From: Alphaproteobacteria bacterium
GTDB taxonomy: Bacteria; Pseudomonadota; Alphaproteobacteria; SP197
Assembly (NCBI GenBank): GCA_965228895.1
Contig: OZ245842.1
Span: 3,520,001-3,584,000 of the forward strand
Direction: 5' to 3'
Length of the DNA stretch: 64,000 bases
Below, one piece after another: positions 16,819 to 27,227 of the stretch. The translations under genes and the position numbers were made by a program. Within the stretch, counting starts at the first letter, position 1; every line of letters starts with the position of its first letter. The notes below the pieces were generated by a model. That model searched no databases, was not told the DNA's origin, and saw only the letters and a list, made by a program, of their open reading frames with translations.

Positions 16819-17420
16819 AGGCGGCGGCGCCCCGCTGGAACCGTCGCCCCGAGACCCGGCGCGACGAGCTTCTCGATGCCGCCACGGCATTGCTGCAAGA
16901 GATGCCCCTGGCACTGATCAAGGTCAGCGACATCACCGATGCCGCCGGCACCGCGAAGGGCACGTTCTACACCTACTTCAAATCCAAGGAAGAGCTCTAT
17001 CGCGCGCTCAACCAACGCTATCTCGATGGCCTGATGGCGGCCAAGGACCAGGCCAAGGCCGCGGCGTCGGGTGACGATTGGGTCGAGGAGTTGAACGCCT
17101 CGATCGCCGCGATGATCGACTACATGTACGTCAACGACGACCTGATCGAGGTGTGGGAGCGCGAGGGCTACAATACCGAACACTACGATATCTTCGAGGT
17201 CGGCACGAACCGCATCACCTCCGAACTGGCCGTCGACATCGGTCAGTTGGCGGCCGAGGGCCACATCACCTGTGACGATCCTCTGGCGACTGCCCACTTG
17301 ATCGTCCACGCCATCGATGGCGCGGTCAGCCACGACATGACCGGACGCAACCGCAACGCGCTCGGCCCCCAACGCATGACAGCCGCCGCGCAGGCCATGA
17401 TCCGCGCGATGTTGACGTGA
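16815..17420 (+). CDS. TetR/AcrR-family regulator
   Basis: RRDELLDAA...VSDITDAAGTAKGTFYTYFKSKEEL; GTGA overlap with the P450 gene. Confidence 0.92.
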   Translation: MKAAAPRWNRRPETRRDELLDAATALLQEMPLALIKVSDITDAAGTAKGTFYTYFKSKEELYRALNQRYLDGLMAAKDQAKAAASGDDWVEELNASIAAMIDYMYVNDDLIEVWEREGYNTEHYDIFEVGTNRITSELAVDIGQLAAEGHITCDDPLATAHLIVHAIDGAVSHDMTGRNRNALGPQRMTAAAQAMIRAMLT

Positions 17421-17473
17421 ACCGTACACGCACCACCGCCGCAAAACCAACCAAGAAACAGGAGACAGAGACC

Positions 17474-18307
17474 ATGACGATCGAACGCTTGTCCGGCGAC
17501 GCCGGCGTGCCGGAGATCATTGGCGCCGTCCAGCGCGATGGCGCCGCGATTGTTGAGGACTTCGTATCGACGGACGTCACCGATCAGGTGCTGCGCGATC
17601 TGCGCGAGCCCTTCGACTCGGTCGGGCGTTCGACCGAGGACGACTTCAACGGCTATACGACGCTACGCGTCAACAGCATCCTGGATATCTCGCCGGCCTC
17701 GGTCGAGATCGTCGCCCATGCCCGCATGCTGGAGATCCTTGATGGCCTCCTGTTGCCCCACTGCAAGGACTACCGGATCGGCAGCTGCACGGCGATCGAG
17801 ATCCACCCCGGCGAGACCGACCAGATCCTGCACCGTGACGACACCATCTACCCCATCATCATGCCTGGCCTCGAATGGCAGGTTTCGGTCATGTGGCCGC
17901 TGACCGACTTTACCGAGGAGAACGGCGCGACACGATTGATCCCCGGCAGTCACCGCTGGATGGAACAACGGCTGGCCAACGATGACGACACGGTGATCCA
18001 GGCACCGATGTCGCCGGGATCGGCCTTGTTCTACCTGGGATCGACCATGCATGGTGGCGGCGCCAACCGCGGCAACGCGCCGCGCGCCGGGCTGGTCAAC
18101 ACCTATGCCCTGGGCTGGCTGCGCCAGGAGGTGAACCAGTACCTCACCATCCCGCGCGAGACGGTGGCGTCGTTTCCGGAGCGGGTGCAACGGCTGATCG
18201 GCTATGCCGGCCACGGTGACCTCCTGGGATTCTATCCCCGCGATGAGGGCCGCGTGCCCCCGCCGGACATGATCGGCGCAACCGCCGCCAATTGGTCCAA
18301 CGACTAG
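17474..18307 (+). CDS. Phytanoyl-CoA dioxygenase (PhyH) family Fe(II)/2OG dioxygenase
   Basis: QILHRDD, LTDFTEENGATRLIPGSH, MHGGGAN, LGWLRQE.NQYL. Confidence 0.9.
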   Translation: MTIERLSGDAGVPEIIGAVQRDGAAIVEDFVSTDVTDQVLRDLREPFDSVGRSTEDDFNGYTTLRVNSILDISPASVEIVAHARMLEILDGLLLPHCKDYRIGSCTAIEIHPGETDQILHRDDTIYPIIMPGLEWQVSVMWPLTDFTEENGATRLIPGSHRWMEQRLANDDDTVIQAPMSPGSALFYLGSTMHGGGANRGNAPRAGLVNTYALGWLRQEVNQYLTIPRETVASFPERVQRLIGYAGHGDLLGFYPRDEGRVPPPDMIGATAANWSND

Positions 18308-18428
18308 GGTCTGGCCTTACACGGGTTTGGCTGCGCCAGCGGCCGTTTGTCAGTTGCCAGTTGATTGTACAAGCCCGCGCCTTGCTCGATACTCACGACC
18401 GACAACACAGGCCATAGGAGAGGCAGGC

Positions 18429-19340
18429 ATGGGGCAGATACAGTCGATCAGTCGGGACACGTCGGCCGAAACGGCGATGGAAATCCTGGAGCGCGACGGC
18501 GCCGTCATCTATGAGCGCGTGCTGGACGATGCGGCCATGGATCGCGTGCAGGCTGATCTCGATCCCTATCTCGGCCGGTCCTACTATGGCGAAGGCGAGT
18601 TCTGGGGCTACAAGACCAAACGCATCTCCTCGCTGGTCGCCAAGTCGCGCGCCTTCGGCGAACTGGTCGCCACCTGCCCGGTGACCTTGAACGTCATGGA
18701 CCTCCTGCTCGGTCCCTATTGCGAGCGTTACCAACTCCACGTCACCCAGGCGGTCAACATCGGACCCGGCGAGAGCGAGCAGTTCCTGCACCGCGACGAC
18801 GGCCTGCTGCCGTTCGTCCATCCCGGACCGCAGGCGTTGTGCAACACCATGTGGGCGTTGACCGACTTCACCGAGGAGACCGGCGCAACGCGCGTCATCC
18901 CCGGCAGCCACGTGTGGGACGATAAACGCATCCCAAACGACGACGACGAGATCGTGCAGGCGACCATGCCGCGCGGTTCGGTTCTGATCTACCTGGGCTC
19001 GGTCTGGCACGGCGGCGGCGCCAACCGGTCCAAGGACGCGTGGCGCGCGGGCATGATCTGCGGTTACAGCCTGGGCTGGCTACGCCAGGAAGAGAATCAA
19101 TATCTCGCGGTACCGCCGCACATCGCCAAGGACCTGCCCGAAGACGTCCAGCACCTGATCGGCTACAAGCTGCACGGCACGTTCCTGGGCTGGGTCGAAG
19201 GCCAGGATCCCCACGTCGTCCTGGAAGACCGGTACAACGAGGTTATGCCGGCGACGCCCGAAGGCGGCGAAGCAACCGAAGAAACCAAGATTCTCAAGAC
19301 CGCGACCATCGGCAAGCCGGAGTTCATCACCTTCGGCTAA
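18429..19340 (+). CDS. PhyH family Fe(II)/2OG dioxygenase (second paralog)
   Basis: QFLHRDD, LTDFTEETGATRVIPGSH, WHGGGAN, LGWLRQEENQYL. Confidence 0.9.
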   Translation: MGQIQSISRDTSAETAMEILERDGAVIYERVLDDAAMDRVQADLDPYLGRSYYGEGEFWGYKTKRISSLVAKSRAFGELVATCPVTLNVMDLLLGPYCERYQLHVTQAVNIGPGESEQFLHRDDGLLPFVHPGPQALCNTMWALTDFTEETGATRVIPGSHVWDDKRIPNDDDEIVQATMPRGSVLIYLGSVWHGGGANRSKDAWRAGMICGYSLGWLRQEENQYLAVPPHIAKDLPEDVQHLIGYKLHGTFLGWVEGQDPHVVLEDRYNEVMPATPEGGEATEETKILKTATIGKPEFITFG

Positions 19341-19448
19341 TGAAACAGCGGCCCGCCGTGACGCAGCCCATGACCGGCGGGCCACAGTTTCCAGACACGT
19401 CCGGCACGTTCTGCCGGCTCATCACGGATCAACGCGAGACCCATCACC

Positions 19449-21461
19449 ATGCGTGACCCCAAGTACGACATTCTGTTCGAGCCCATTCAGCTCGGCCCGG
19501 TGACCGCCAAGAACCGGTTCTACCAGGTGCCCCATTGTTCGGGCATGGGCTGGCACCGGCCCAACACGCTGGCCGCCATGCGCGCCATGAAGGCCGAGGG
19601 CGGCTGGGGCGTGGTGTGCACGGAGTACTGCTCGATGCATCCGACATCCGACGACGGCGCCTTTCCCCACGCCCGTCTTTGGGATGCCGACGACCTGCGC
19701 AACCAGGCGCTCATGGCCGACGGGGTTCACGAACACGGCGGTCTCGCGGGCGTCGAGCTGTGGCATGGCGGCAGCCGCGTCGCCAACCTGGACAGCCGCC
19801 TGCCGCCCATCGGCGTCGGCCCTGGCCGCGCGTCGTCACCGTCGGGCGCCAATCACCCGGTCCAGGCGCGCCAACCGGACAAGGCCGACATCAAGGCACT
19901 CAGGCACTGGCAGGGCGAGGCGGCGAGGCGCGCCGTCGAGGCCGGTTTCGATATCGTCTATGTCTACGCGACCCACGGCTAACTGTTGTCGGAGTTCCTC
20001 GACCGCGAGAGCAACCAGCGCACCGACGAATACGGCGGTTCGCTCGAGAACCGCGTGCGCATCGTGCGCGAGCTGATCGAAGAGACCCATGAGGCCGTCG
20101 CCGGCAAGGCCGCGGTCGCCACACGCATCACCGTCGACCTGACCGACGAAGAGACCTACGAGATCTTCTCCTTGATCGTCGACCTGCCCGACCTGTGGGA
20201 TCTGACCATCCACGACTACGGCATCGAGATGGGCGTCTCGCGCTTCGTCAAAGAGGCTGCGCTGGAGGAGAGCGTCGCGCGCGCCAAGGCGATGACCTCG
20301 AAACCGGTCGTCGCCGTCGGCCGTTTCACCAGTCCCGATACCATGGCGCGGGTCATCAAGGCGGGATCGCAGGACATGATCGGCGCTGCCCGCCCCTCCA
20401 TCGCCGATCCCTTCTTGCCCAAGAAAATCGAGGAAGGGCGGCTTGAGGACATCCGCGAGTGCATCGGCTGCAATATCTGTTATGCCCACGACACCCTGGG
20501 CATTCCGATCCGCTGCACCCAGAACCCGACCATGGGCGAGGAATGGCGGCGCGGCTGGCACCCCGAACGGATCGAACGCAGCGCCTCCGCGTCGCGCGCC
20601 CTGGTGGTCGGTGCCGGTCCGGCCGGCCTGGAAGCCGCGCGGGTCCTGGGTGAGCGTGGCTTTGACGTCATGCTCGCCGAAGCGACCCGCGACCTCGGCG
20701 GCCGGGTCACGACCGAAAGCCGCCTGCCCGGTCTGTCCGAATGGGCGCGGGTACGCGACTGGCGCACCGGCCAGCTCGACAAGCTGTTGAACGTCGAGGT
20801 GTTCCGCGAGAGTCCGATGACCGCCGACGATGTTCTCGCCGCCGGTGCCGAACATGTGCTGATCGCAACGGGCGCGCGCTGGCGGACCGACGGTGTCGGC
20901 AACAACCGCGCGGCGCCGCTCACAATGGGCGACGGCGCGCAGATCGTCGGTGTCGACGCCATCCTCGCCGGCGACGAGACGCCGGGCGGCCGGGCGCTGA
21001 TCTATGACGACGACCACTACTATATGGCGTCAGTCCTGGCGCTGGCGCTGCGTCAGCGCGGCAACGATGTCACACTCGTCACCACGGCCCACCGCCCCGT
21101 CGCCTGGGGACGCCACACCGCGGAGATTTCGCAATCCAACGCCGCCTTGCGCGATGCCGGCGTCGATGTCGTGACCTATCATCGCCTGGACGCCGTCGCA
21201 CCCGGCGAGGCGACCATCGCCTGCGTCCATACCGACCAGACGCAAACCATCGCCGCCGACTGGGTGATGCCGGTAACCAATCGCGCGCCTGCCGGCGATC
21301 TCTACGACAACCTGCTGGCGCGCGGTGGCGTTACTTCAGTGCATCGCATCGGCGACGGCGATGCGCCTGGCACCATTGCGGCGGCGGTCTACAGCGGCTA
21401 CAGAACCGCGCTCGAACTGGGCGAGCCGGCTAGCGACCCGCTCTACAAGCGCACGCTCTAA
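19449..21461 (+). pseudogene. Trimethylamine/dimethylamine/histamine dehydrogenase-like flavoenzyme interrupted by an in-frame TAA
   Basis: MRDPKYDILFEPIQLGPVTAKNRFYQVPHC N-terminus, ECIGCNIC...C 4Fe-4S motif, GAGPAG; the two ORF halves share a frame and are split by TAA at 19980-19982 where HGYLL predicts Tyr. Confidence 0.8.
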
Positions 21462-21476
21462 GGAAGTCTGCGCCAA

Positions 21477-21591
21477 CCCCCCTCACCCTGCCCTCTCCCC
21501 CGAGGGGAGAGGGAATGTAGCGGCGACCTCAAACCCTCGCCCGCTTGCGGGAGAGGGAGGGGCCCGACGCGGAGCGTTGGGAGGGTGAGGG
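21477..21591. repeat. Alphaproteobacterial REP-like composite palindrome
   Basis: CCCTCACCC..CCCTCTCCCC..GGGGAGAGGG..CCCTCGCCCGC..GCGGGAGAGGG..GGGTGAGGG nested hairpins between convergent genes. Confidence 0.8.
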
Positions 21592-21613
21592 TCCAGCCGA
21601 CCGGGCCGCGTTC

Positions 21614-22090
21614 TTATGACTTCGCGACGTCGACGAACGGTCCGCCTGTCAATTCTGCCAGTTGATCAGGCGTCAGTTTGAAGACTGCGTTCGGCGTGCC
21701 GCCGGATGCCCAGATCTCGTCATGCTGTTTCAGGTCGTCATCCAGCAGAACCATCGGCGTCTGGCTATGACCGACCGGCGGTACGCCGCCGATGGCAAAA
21801 CCCGTCACCTCGCGCACGAAGTCGGGGTCTGCGCGCCTGATCTTCATGTCCAGCAGGCGCCCGACCTTCTTTTCGTCGACCCGGTTGGTGCCACTGGCCA
21901 CGACCAGCACCGGACGATTGTCCTCCCTGGTGCGGAAGAGTAGCGACTTGGCGATCTGCGCCACCGTGCAACCGATGGCCGCCGCCGCGTCTTCGGCAGT
22001 CCGCGTGCTCTCGTCGAACTCCAGCACCTCAAAGCCCTCGCCCAGCAGGCTCTGAACGTGGCAAGCGGTGGGATTGGTTGCACGTTTCAT
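21614..22090 (-). CDS. YbaK/EbsC family aminoacyl-tRNA deacylase
   Basis: TRTAEDAAAAIGC..AQIAKSL, VREVTGFAIGGVPPVGH. Confidence 0.92.
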   Translation of the reverse strand: MKRATNPTACHVQSLLGEGFEVLEFDESTRTAEDAAAAIGCTVAQIAKSLLFRTREDNRPVLVVASGTNRVDEKKVGRLLDMKIRRADPDFVREVTGFAIGGVPPVGHSQTPMVLLDDDLKQHDEIWASGGTPNAVFKLTPDQLAELTGGPFVDVAKS

Positions 22091-22109
22091 TGGCCGCTCA
22101 CGAGCCCGG

Positions 22110-22790
22110 CTACCCCCGCAGCAACGCCTCGACCGCGTCTTTGGTCGTGCCGGATTTCAGGCCCCCGCCATAGACGAAGCCGATTGCGCGCCGGTCGAAA
22201 TCGGTCAGCCAGTCGGCGGGCTCGTCCCATGACATCACGCTGTCGACACCGTTGCCCGGGACGCCAACCAGACCCAGCGCCTTCATCGCCTCGCGCGCGA
22301 TGCCGCGGCCGATCGCGGTCTCGTCCTTTGATGTCACGAACATCATGGCGCCGGCGATACCGCGCTCGAAGCTGATCACGGAGATCTGGCCGAAGTTCTC
22401 TTCGTCCGTTTGTCCGGCGATGAAGTCGGCAGCTTTCTGTTCACGTTCTTCGGTGCTCGCGCCGGGGAAGAACTTCGCCAGCAGCTCGGCGTGGCGTTTG
22501 GCCGCCGACAGAGTATCGCTGGCGACGACAAAGATAATGTTGACGTCGCCACCCTCGCGGTACTCGGCCTCCAGGTTGGAGGCCTCGCGAATCTCCTCGA
22601 CAAGCGCTTCCAGGCAAGGCCGTCCGGCTTCACTGTCGTCCTCGACAACGACAAATCGCGGGACAGTCTCCCAACGGACCATTTGGCGCAGGCCAAACTC
22701 GCCGTCCGGCATTTTGGCGAACATCAGATCCAGAAGGGCGGCCTTTTCGTCTTCGGCGAAATGAGGCCCAACGAGCGACGTGTTCATCAT
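22110..22790 (-). CDS. Hypothetical protein (possibly DUF2927-like)
   Basis: 226-aa ORF with host-like codon usage and a GTAGGA SD; family suggestion is weak. Confidence 0.6.
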   Translation of the reverse strand: MMNTSLVGPHFAEDEKAALLDLMFAKMPDGEFGLRQMVRWETVPRFVVVEDDSEAGRPCLEALVEEIREASNLEAEYREGGDVNIIFVVASDTLSAAKRHAELLAKFFPGASTEEREQKAADFIAGQTDEENFGQISVISFERGIAGAMMFVTSKDETAIGRGIAREAMKALGLVGVPGNGVDSVMSWDEPADWLTDFDRRAIGFVYGGGLKSGTTKDAVEALLRG

Positions 22791-22908
22791 TCTGTCCTAC
22801 CCAACAAACATGAACCGTTCCTATAACCCGACATACTGCGTGGATGATACATCGCCTTGATCATCCTATCCTGCGCTTTCTTTGCATCTCTCGAAGCTGA
22901 GGACAACC

Positions 22909-23577
22909 ATGCGGGAACGCGTATTACAGATGACCGACCCGCTGCATGACTATCTCGTCGATGTCGCCGTGCGCGAGCACGAGGTTCTGGCCGAGCTGCG
23001 CGCGGAAACCGCGTCCATGCCGATGGGTATCATGCAGGTATCGCCTGACCAGGGCCAGTTCATGGCCATGCTGGTTCGCCTGACCGGCGCGCGCCGTGTT
23101 CTGGAGGTCGGCACCTTCACCGGCTACAGCTCGCTTGCCATGGCGCTGGCGCTGCCGGATGACGGGACGATCCACGCCTGCGATGTCAGCGATGAGTACA
23201 CGTCCGTCGCCCGCCGCCACTGGGAGAAAGCCGGCGTCGCCGACAAGATCACCCTGACCCTGGCGCCGGCGACCGAAACCCTGCGCGGCTTTCTCGATGA
23301 CGGCATGGCTGGCAGCTTCGATATGATGTTCATCGATGCCGACAAGGAAAGCTACGACGCCTACTATGAGCACGGTTTAGAGCTGGTGCGTGACGGTGGT
23401 GTGATTCTTGTCGATAACGTTCTATGGAGCGGCTCGGTCATCGATCACGAAAAACAGGATGCCGATACCGCCGCGATCCGCGCGCTCAACAACAAACTCA
23501 AACACGACGACCGGATTGATGTCACAATGCTGTCAGTTGGCGACGGTCTGACCCTGGCGCACAAACGCGCGTCCTGA
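22909..23577 (+). CDS. SAM-dependent O-methyltransferase (caffeoyl-CoA OMT-like)
   Basis: LEVGTFTGYS, FDMMFIDADK, DNVLWSG, GDGLT. Confidence 0.92.
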   Translation: MRERVLQMTDPLHDYLVDVAVREHEVLAELRAETASMPMGIMQVSPDQGQFMAMLVRLTGARRVLEVGTFTGYSSLAMALALPDDGTIHACDVSDEYTSVARRHWEKAGVADKITLTLAPATETLRGFLDDGMAGSFDMMFIDADKESYDAYYEHGLELVRDGGVILVDNVLWSGSVIDHEKQDADTAAIRALNNKLKHDDRIDVTMLSVGDGLTLAHKRAS

Positions 23578-23680
23578 CGGCAGGCCCGTGACCGGTCCGT
23601 CGCGGTTGTCGTGCCGGTCTTGAGCAGCCATCATGAACCAGCAAGGCAAGGTGGCCTTGCACCGTATCGGGGGAAGGATC

Positions 23681-24157
23681 ATGAGAAGGGTATCAAGATT
23701 ACTGGCAATCTCATCACTCGCGATCGCATCGCCCTTGGCCATGGCATGGGCTGAGAACGTCACGGTATCGGGATCGGCAACCTACATTCAGAACTGGGGC
23801 GAAACCGTCATGTTGGAGGACGGCGGCAGGCTGGAGCGAATCCACCTGAAAACCATCCTTCACGACGACAGCCCCGATAGCCCGCTCAACATGAACACGC
23901 AGGATTGCACGGGCACGGGGATCTTTGACGCCAGCGGCAACTTCGTGATGAACAGCGGCCACTGTCAGGCGACCGACCTTGACGGCGATCACTGGTCCAT
24001 GTGGTACCACCACACGCCACAGGGCAACACGTGGGGCGTTGTCGGCGGCACGGGCAAGTTCGCCGGCGCGACCGGCGGCGGCACAACGGTCGTCCAGACC
24101 GCCCATGCCGACGGCCGGGTCTTCCTGACCTACGAGGGCACGGTCGAGATGAAGTAG
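23681..24157 (+). CDS. Hypothetical secreted beta-rich protein
   Basis: Signal peptide; C...GHC..TD.DGD and GGTGKFAGATGGG motif. Confidence 0.7.
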   Translation: MRRVSRLLAISSLAIASPLAMAWAENVTVSGSATYIQNWGETVMLEDGGRLERIHLKTILHDDSPDSPLNMNTQDCTGTGIFDASGNFVMNSGHCQATDLDGDHWSMWYHHTPQGNTWGVVGGTGKFAGATGGGTTVVQTAHADGRVFLTYEGTVEMK

Positions 24158-24178
24158 CCGGGCGCTGCAGCCACGACC

Positions 24179-24613
24179 ATGACCACCAGCACAAACACAA
24201 CCGAGCAAACCGCGCGATGCGGCTGCGGCGCGCTGCAGGCGACAGCAAGTGGCGACCCGCTGGCGGTCTATCTTTGCAGTTGCGCGGAATGTCAGCGCAA
24301 GTCAGGCAGCGCCTTCACCTACCGCGCGGTCTATCCGGAAGCCTCGGTGGCGATCGCGGGCGAGCACGCCAGGTGGCGGCGCGACACCGAGACCGGCAAC
24401 TGGCTGGAGGACGGCTTTTGTCCGACCTGTGGCACCACCGTCATTTTTCGCATCGGTGCGTGGCCGGGGACGCTTGGCGTCTCAGCCGGCTGCTTCGCCA
24501 ATCCGACTTTTGCCCAACCGCAAACCCATTACTTCGCCTCGCGTCGGCACCACTGGCTTGACGTACCCAACGGAACAGCGGCCGAGGCAACCCAGCCGCT
24601 GACCAGCACCTGA
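24179..24613 (+). CDS. GFA/CENP-V family protein (single domain)
   Basis: ARCGCG, CSCAECQRKSGS, FCPTCG. Confidence 0.88.
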   Translation: MTTSTNTTEQTARCGCGALQATASGDPLAVYLCSCAECQRKSGSAFTYRAVYPEASVAIAGEHARWRRDTETGNWLEDGFCPTCGTTVIFRIGAWPGTLGVSAGCFANPTFAQPQTHYFASRRHHWLDVPNGTAAEATQPLTST

Positions 24614-24637
24614 CAACGGGATAAGGAGAACCACACC

Positions 24638-25060
24638 ATGGCCGCCTCTTCCGACACCACGACCAAGACCGCCCAATGCGGCTGCGGCGCCCTCAAGGTC
24701 ACCGTCAGCGGTGCGCCAGAGCATGTCTACACCTGCAGTTGCCTTAACTGTCAACGTGAGAGCGGCAGCGTCTTCACCTATTGCGCCATCTATCCCGAAG
24801 CCGCCGTCTCGACCGAGGGAGAATCGAAAACGTGGCGGCGCACCGTGCCGGAATCAGGCCGCTGGCTCGAATCCGGGTTTTGCCCCAACTGCGGTGTGAC
24901 CGTTATGTTCACCATGGAGGCTTGGCCGGACGTTGTGGGCATCTCCGTTGGCTGCTTCGCCGACCCGACCTTCGCCCAACCGTCGAACCACTATTGGGCC
25001 AAACGTTTGCATCCCTGGATGTCGGTCCCTGAGGGTACTGAAGCCGACGAGGCATCGTAG
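24638..25060 (+). CDS. GFA/CENP-V family protein (single domain, tandem paralog)
   Basis: AQCGCG, CSCLNCQRESGS, FCPNCG; AAGGAG SD. Confidence 0.88.
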   Translation: MAASSDTTTKTAQCGCGALKVTVSGAPEHVYTCSCLNCQRESGSVFTYCAIYPEAAVSTEGESKTWRRTVPESGRWLESGFCPNCGVTVMFTMEAWPDVVGISVGCFADPTFAQPSNHYWAKRLHPWMSVPEGTEADEAS

Positions 25061-25061
25061 C

Positions 25062-25658
25062 CTAGCTCCCGACAACCTCGCACAGCGGAGCGGTTTGGTC
25101 CGGCGTGGACATCATCAGCGTACAGGTGTCGTAGCCCTCGTCCTTCAGAATGCCGTCCACCGTTGCAAGCGTCGCCGGATCCAGTGTCGGTGTGCGGGCG
25201 AGAATCCAGCCGTATTCGCGCGACGGGTGGCCGACCACCGACCAGCGATAGTCGGGATCCAAGCCAAGGATCCAGTAGTCGCCGCCGGTCGCCCATATCC
25301 ATTCACCGAACACGTCGACAAACGTGACCTCTAGCTTGCCCTCGGACGGATCGCCCTGGAACCGCGCCCGGCCTTCGGCTTCATCAAGCACGCCATCGGC
25401 CATTTCGCAGCGGTTGGTGACCGCTATCAGGTCGTCCTCGCCAGGCCCGTAGGTCGCGGTCGTGTTCGCCACGCAATTGCGCTGGAACCAAACGGGTATC
25501 GCAGCCACCTGATGCCATTCACCGAGATAGCGGTCGACCTCGAAACCGGAGACCGTGTCCATCGACCGGTCGCCACCGGACGCGCAGGACGTCAGCAACA
25601 GGCCGGCGGCAAGCACCGCGCCCAGGCGCGCCTGCCGGATCAGTTTGGAAGGTGTCAC
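25062..25658 (-). CDS. blc: Bacterial lipocalin lipoprotein
   Basis: Lipobox LTSC, RYLGEWHQVA, GDYWIL..D.DY, WILARTP; GTG start chosen after GGGAG. Confidence 0.85.
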   Translation of the reverse strand: MTPSKLIRQARLGAVLAAGLLLTSCASGGDRSMDTVSGFEVDRYLGEWHQVAAIPVWFQRNCVANTTATYGPGEDDLIAVTNRCEMADGVLDEAEGRARFQGDPSEGKLEVTFVDVFGEWIWATGGDYWILGLDPDYRWSVVGHPSREYGWILARTPTLDPATLATVDGILKDEGYDTCTLMMSTPDQTAPLCEVVGS

Positions 25659-25770
25659 GTCGGTCTCCCGCTGAGGGTTGTTGTTGTTGGACCCCGGTTC
25701 TACGCAGCGTGCGCCCGCGCCGATCAGTTTCGATGTTGGGTCGTGTTGCTCCGCGCGCAATACCATCCGC

Positions 25771-26145
25771 TCATGTGTCGTCGGAAAACGCCAGCCCCTT
25801 TTCCGCCATCACTTCTTCCAGCGCAGCCAGACCATTCATGCCGGTCGGCCAGCCGGCGTAATGGGCAACGTGGATCATCACCTCGCGCAGGGCGTCTGGC
25901 GTATGGCCGATGTTAAGCGCGCCTTTCAGATGGGCGCGAAGCTGCGGGCCATGGGAGTCGGCGGTCAGGATCGCGACAGTGATCAACGAACGGTCCTTGA
26001 TCGGCAACGCCTCGCGAGACCAGATTTCGCCGAACAGGTGATCGCCGGTGATGTCCATCATGTCCTTGAAGGCCGGTCGCGCTTCTTCGCCGCGCGCTCC
26101 GAAGAGCCGCTCCATCACCTGCTGACCTTTTTCGTGATCCGCCAT
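25771..26145 (-). CDS. Carboxymuconolactone decarboxylase family protein
   Basis: LFGEIWSR..L..KDRSLITVA, LRAHLKGALNIG, HVAHYAGWP. Confidence 0.88.
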   Translation of the reverse strand: MADHEKGQQVMERLFGARGEEARPAFKDMMDITGDHLFGEIWSREALPIKDRSLITVAILTADSHGPQLRAHLKGALNIGHTPDALREVMIHVAHYAGWPTGMNGLAALEEVMAEKGLAFSDDT

Positions 26146-26252
26146 CGTGCCGCTCCCGTGCTGTCGCGAAGGCCCCGATCCTCGAGGCAACGACGTGAGG
26201 AGATCAAGAAATCGGATCCGGCGCAAACCCAATTGCGACAGACGAGCGGTCC

Positions 26253-27227
26253 CTACCCCACCTTCTCCGCGTGGTGACAGGCGACCATACGGCCGGCGAC
26301 ATCGCGCAGGGGCGGCGTGTCGGTCTTGCAGATGTCTGTCGCCAGCGGGCAACGGGTGTGGAAGGCACAGGCCTTCGGCGGGTTCAGCGGCGACGGCAGC
26401 TCGCCCTTCAGCGGTACGCGTTCGGCACGTTTCTTGGGATCGACACGCGGGGTCGAGGCCATCAGCGCGCGGGTATAGGGATGGCGCGCACCGGCGAAGA
26501 TCGTCTTGGCCGGCCCCTGCTCCACCGGGCGGCCAAGATACATCACCATGACGTCGTCAGCGATGTGGCGGACCACCGAGAGGTCATGGCTGATGAAAAG
26601 ATAGGCCAGATCGAACTCCGCCTGCAGGTCGGCGAGCAGGTTCAGCACCTGGGCCTGGACCGAGATATCGAGCGCGGAGACCGGCTCGTCGGCGACGACG
26701 ATGGCCGGGTTCAGCATCAAGGCGCGCGCAACCGCGATGCGCTGGCGCTGACCGCCGGAGAACATGTGGGGATAGCGGTCAAGATGCTCGGGCCTTAAGC
26801 CCACCTTGGTAATCATCGCGCGCGCGAGCTCACGGCGTTCGGCGCTCCTCATCGACCGGTTCACGACCAGCGGTTCGGCCAGGATCGCGCCGACCTTGCG
26901 GCGCGGGTTAAGCGAACCGTAAGGATCCTGGAAGACGATCTGTACCTGGTCGCGCAAGGCCGCGACGTCGCTTCTGTGGGCCGTCGCGATATCGTGGCCG
27001 TTGATCGCCAGGTTGCCGCGGGTCGGGCGCTCGATCATGGTGACGAGCCGGGCCAGGGTCGACTTGCCGCAGCCGGACTCGCCGACCACCGCCAGCGAGC
27101 GGCCGCGCGCCAGGGTGAAGCTCGCACCATCCAGCGCCTTGACCGTCGCCTTGCCCTTTAGCCAGCCGCGACGGACCTCATAGTGACGCGCGAGGTCATG
27201 GGCTTCCAGGATGACCGCGCCGGTCAT
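26253..27227 (-). CDS. dppF: Dipeptide ABC transporter ATP-binding subunit
   Basis: [22 protein letters not shown]-terminal CAFHTRCP. Confidence 0.9.
   Translation of the reverse strand: MTGAVILEAHDLARHYEVRRGWLKGKATVKALDGASFTLARGRSLAVVGESGCGKSTLARLVTMIERPTRGNLAINGHDIATAHRSDVAALRDQVQIVFQDPYGSLNPRRKVGAILAEPLVVNRSMRSAERRELARAMITKVGLRPEHLDRYPHMFSGGQRQRIAVARALMLNPAIVVADEPVSALDISVQAQVLNLLADLQAEFDLAYLFISHDLSVVRHIADDVMVMYLGRPVEQGPAKTIFAGARHPYTRALMASTPRVDPKKRAERVPLKGELPSPLNPPKACAFHTRCPLATDICKTDTPPLRDVAGRMVACHHAEKVG

Noticed and set aside
19980-19982. Stop-codon recoding (selenocysteine or pyrrolysine) in the amine dehydrogenase
   Set aside because: The codon is TAA, not TGA or TAG, and falls at a conserved Tyr position.
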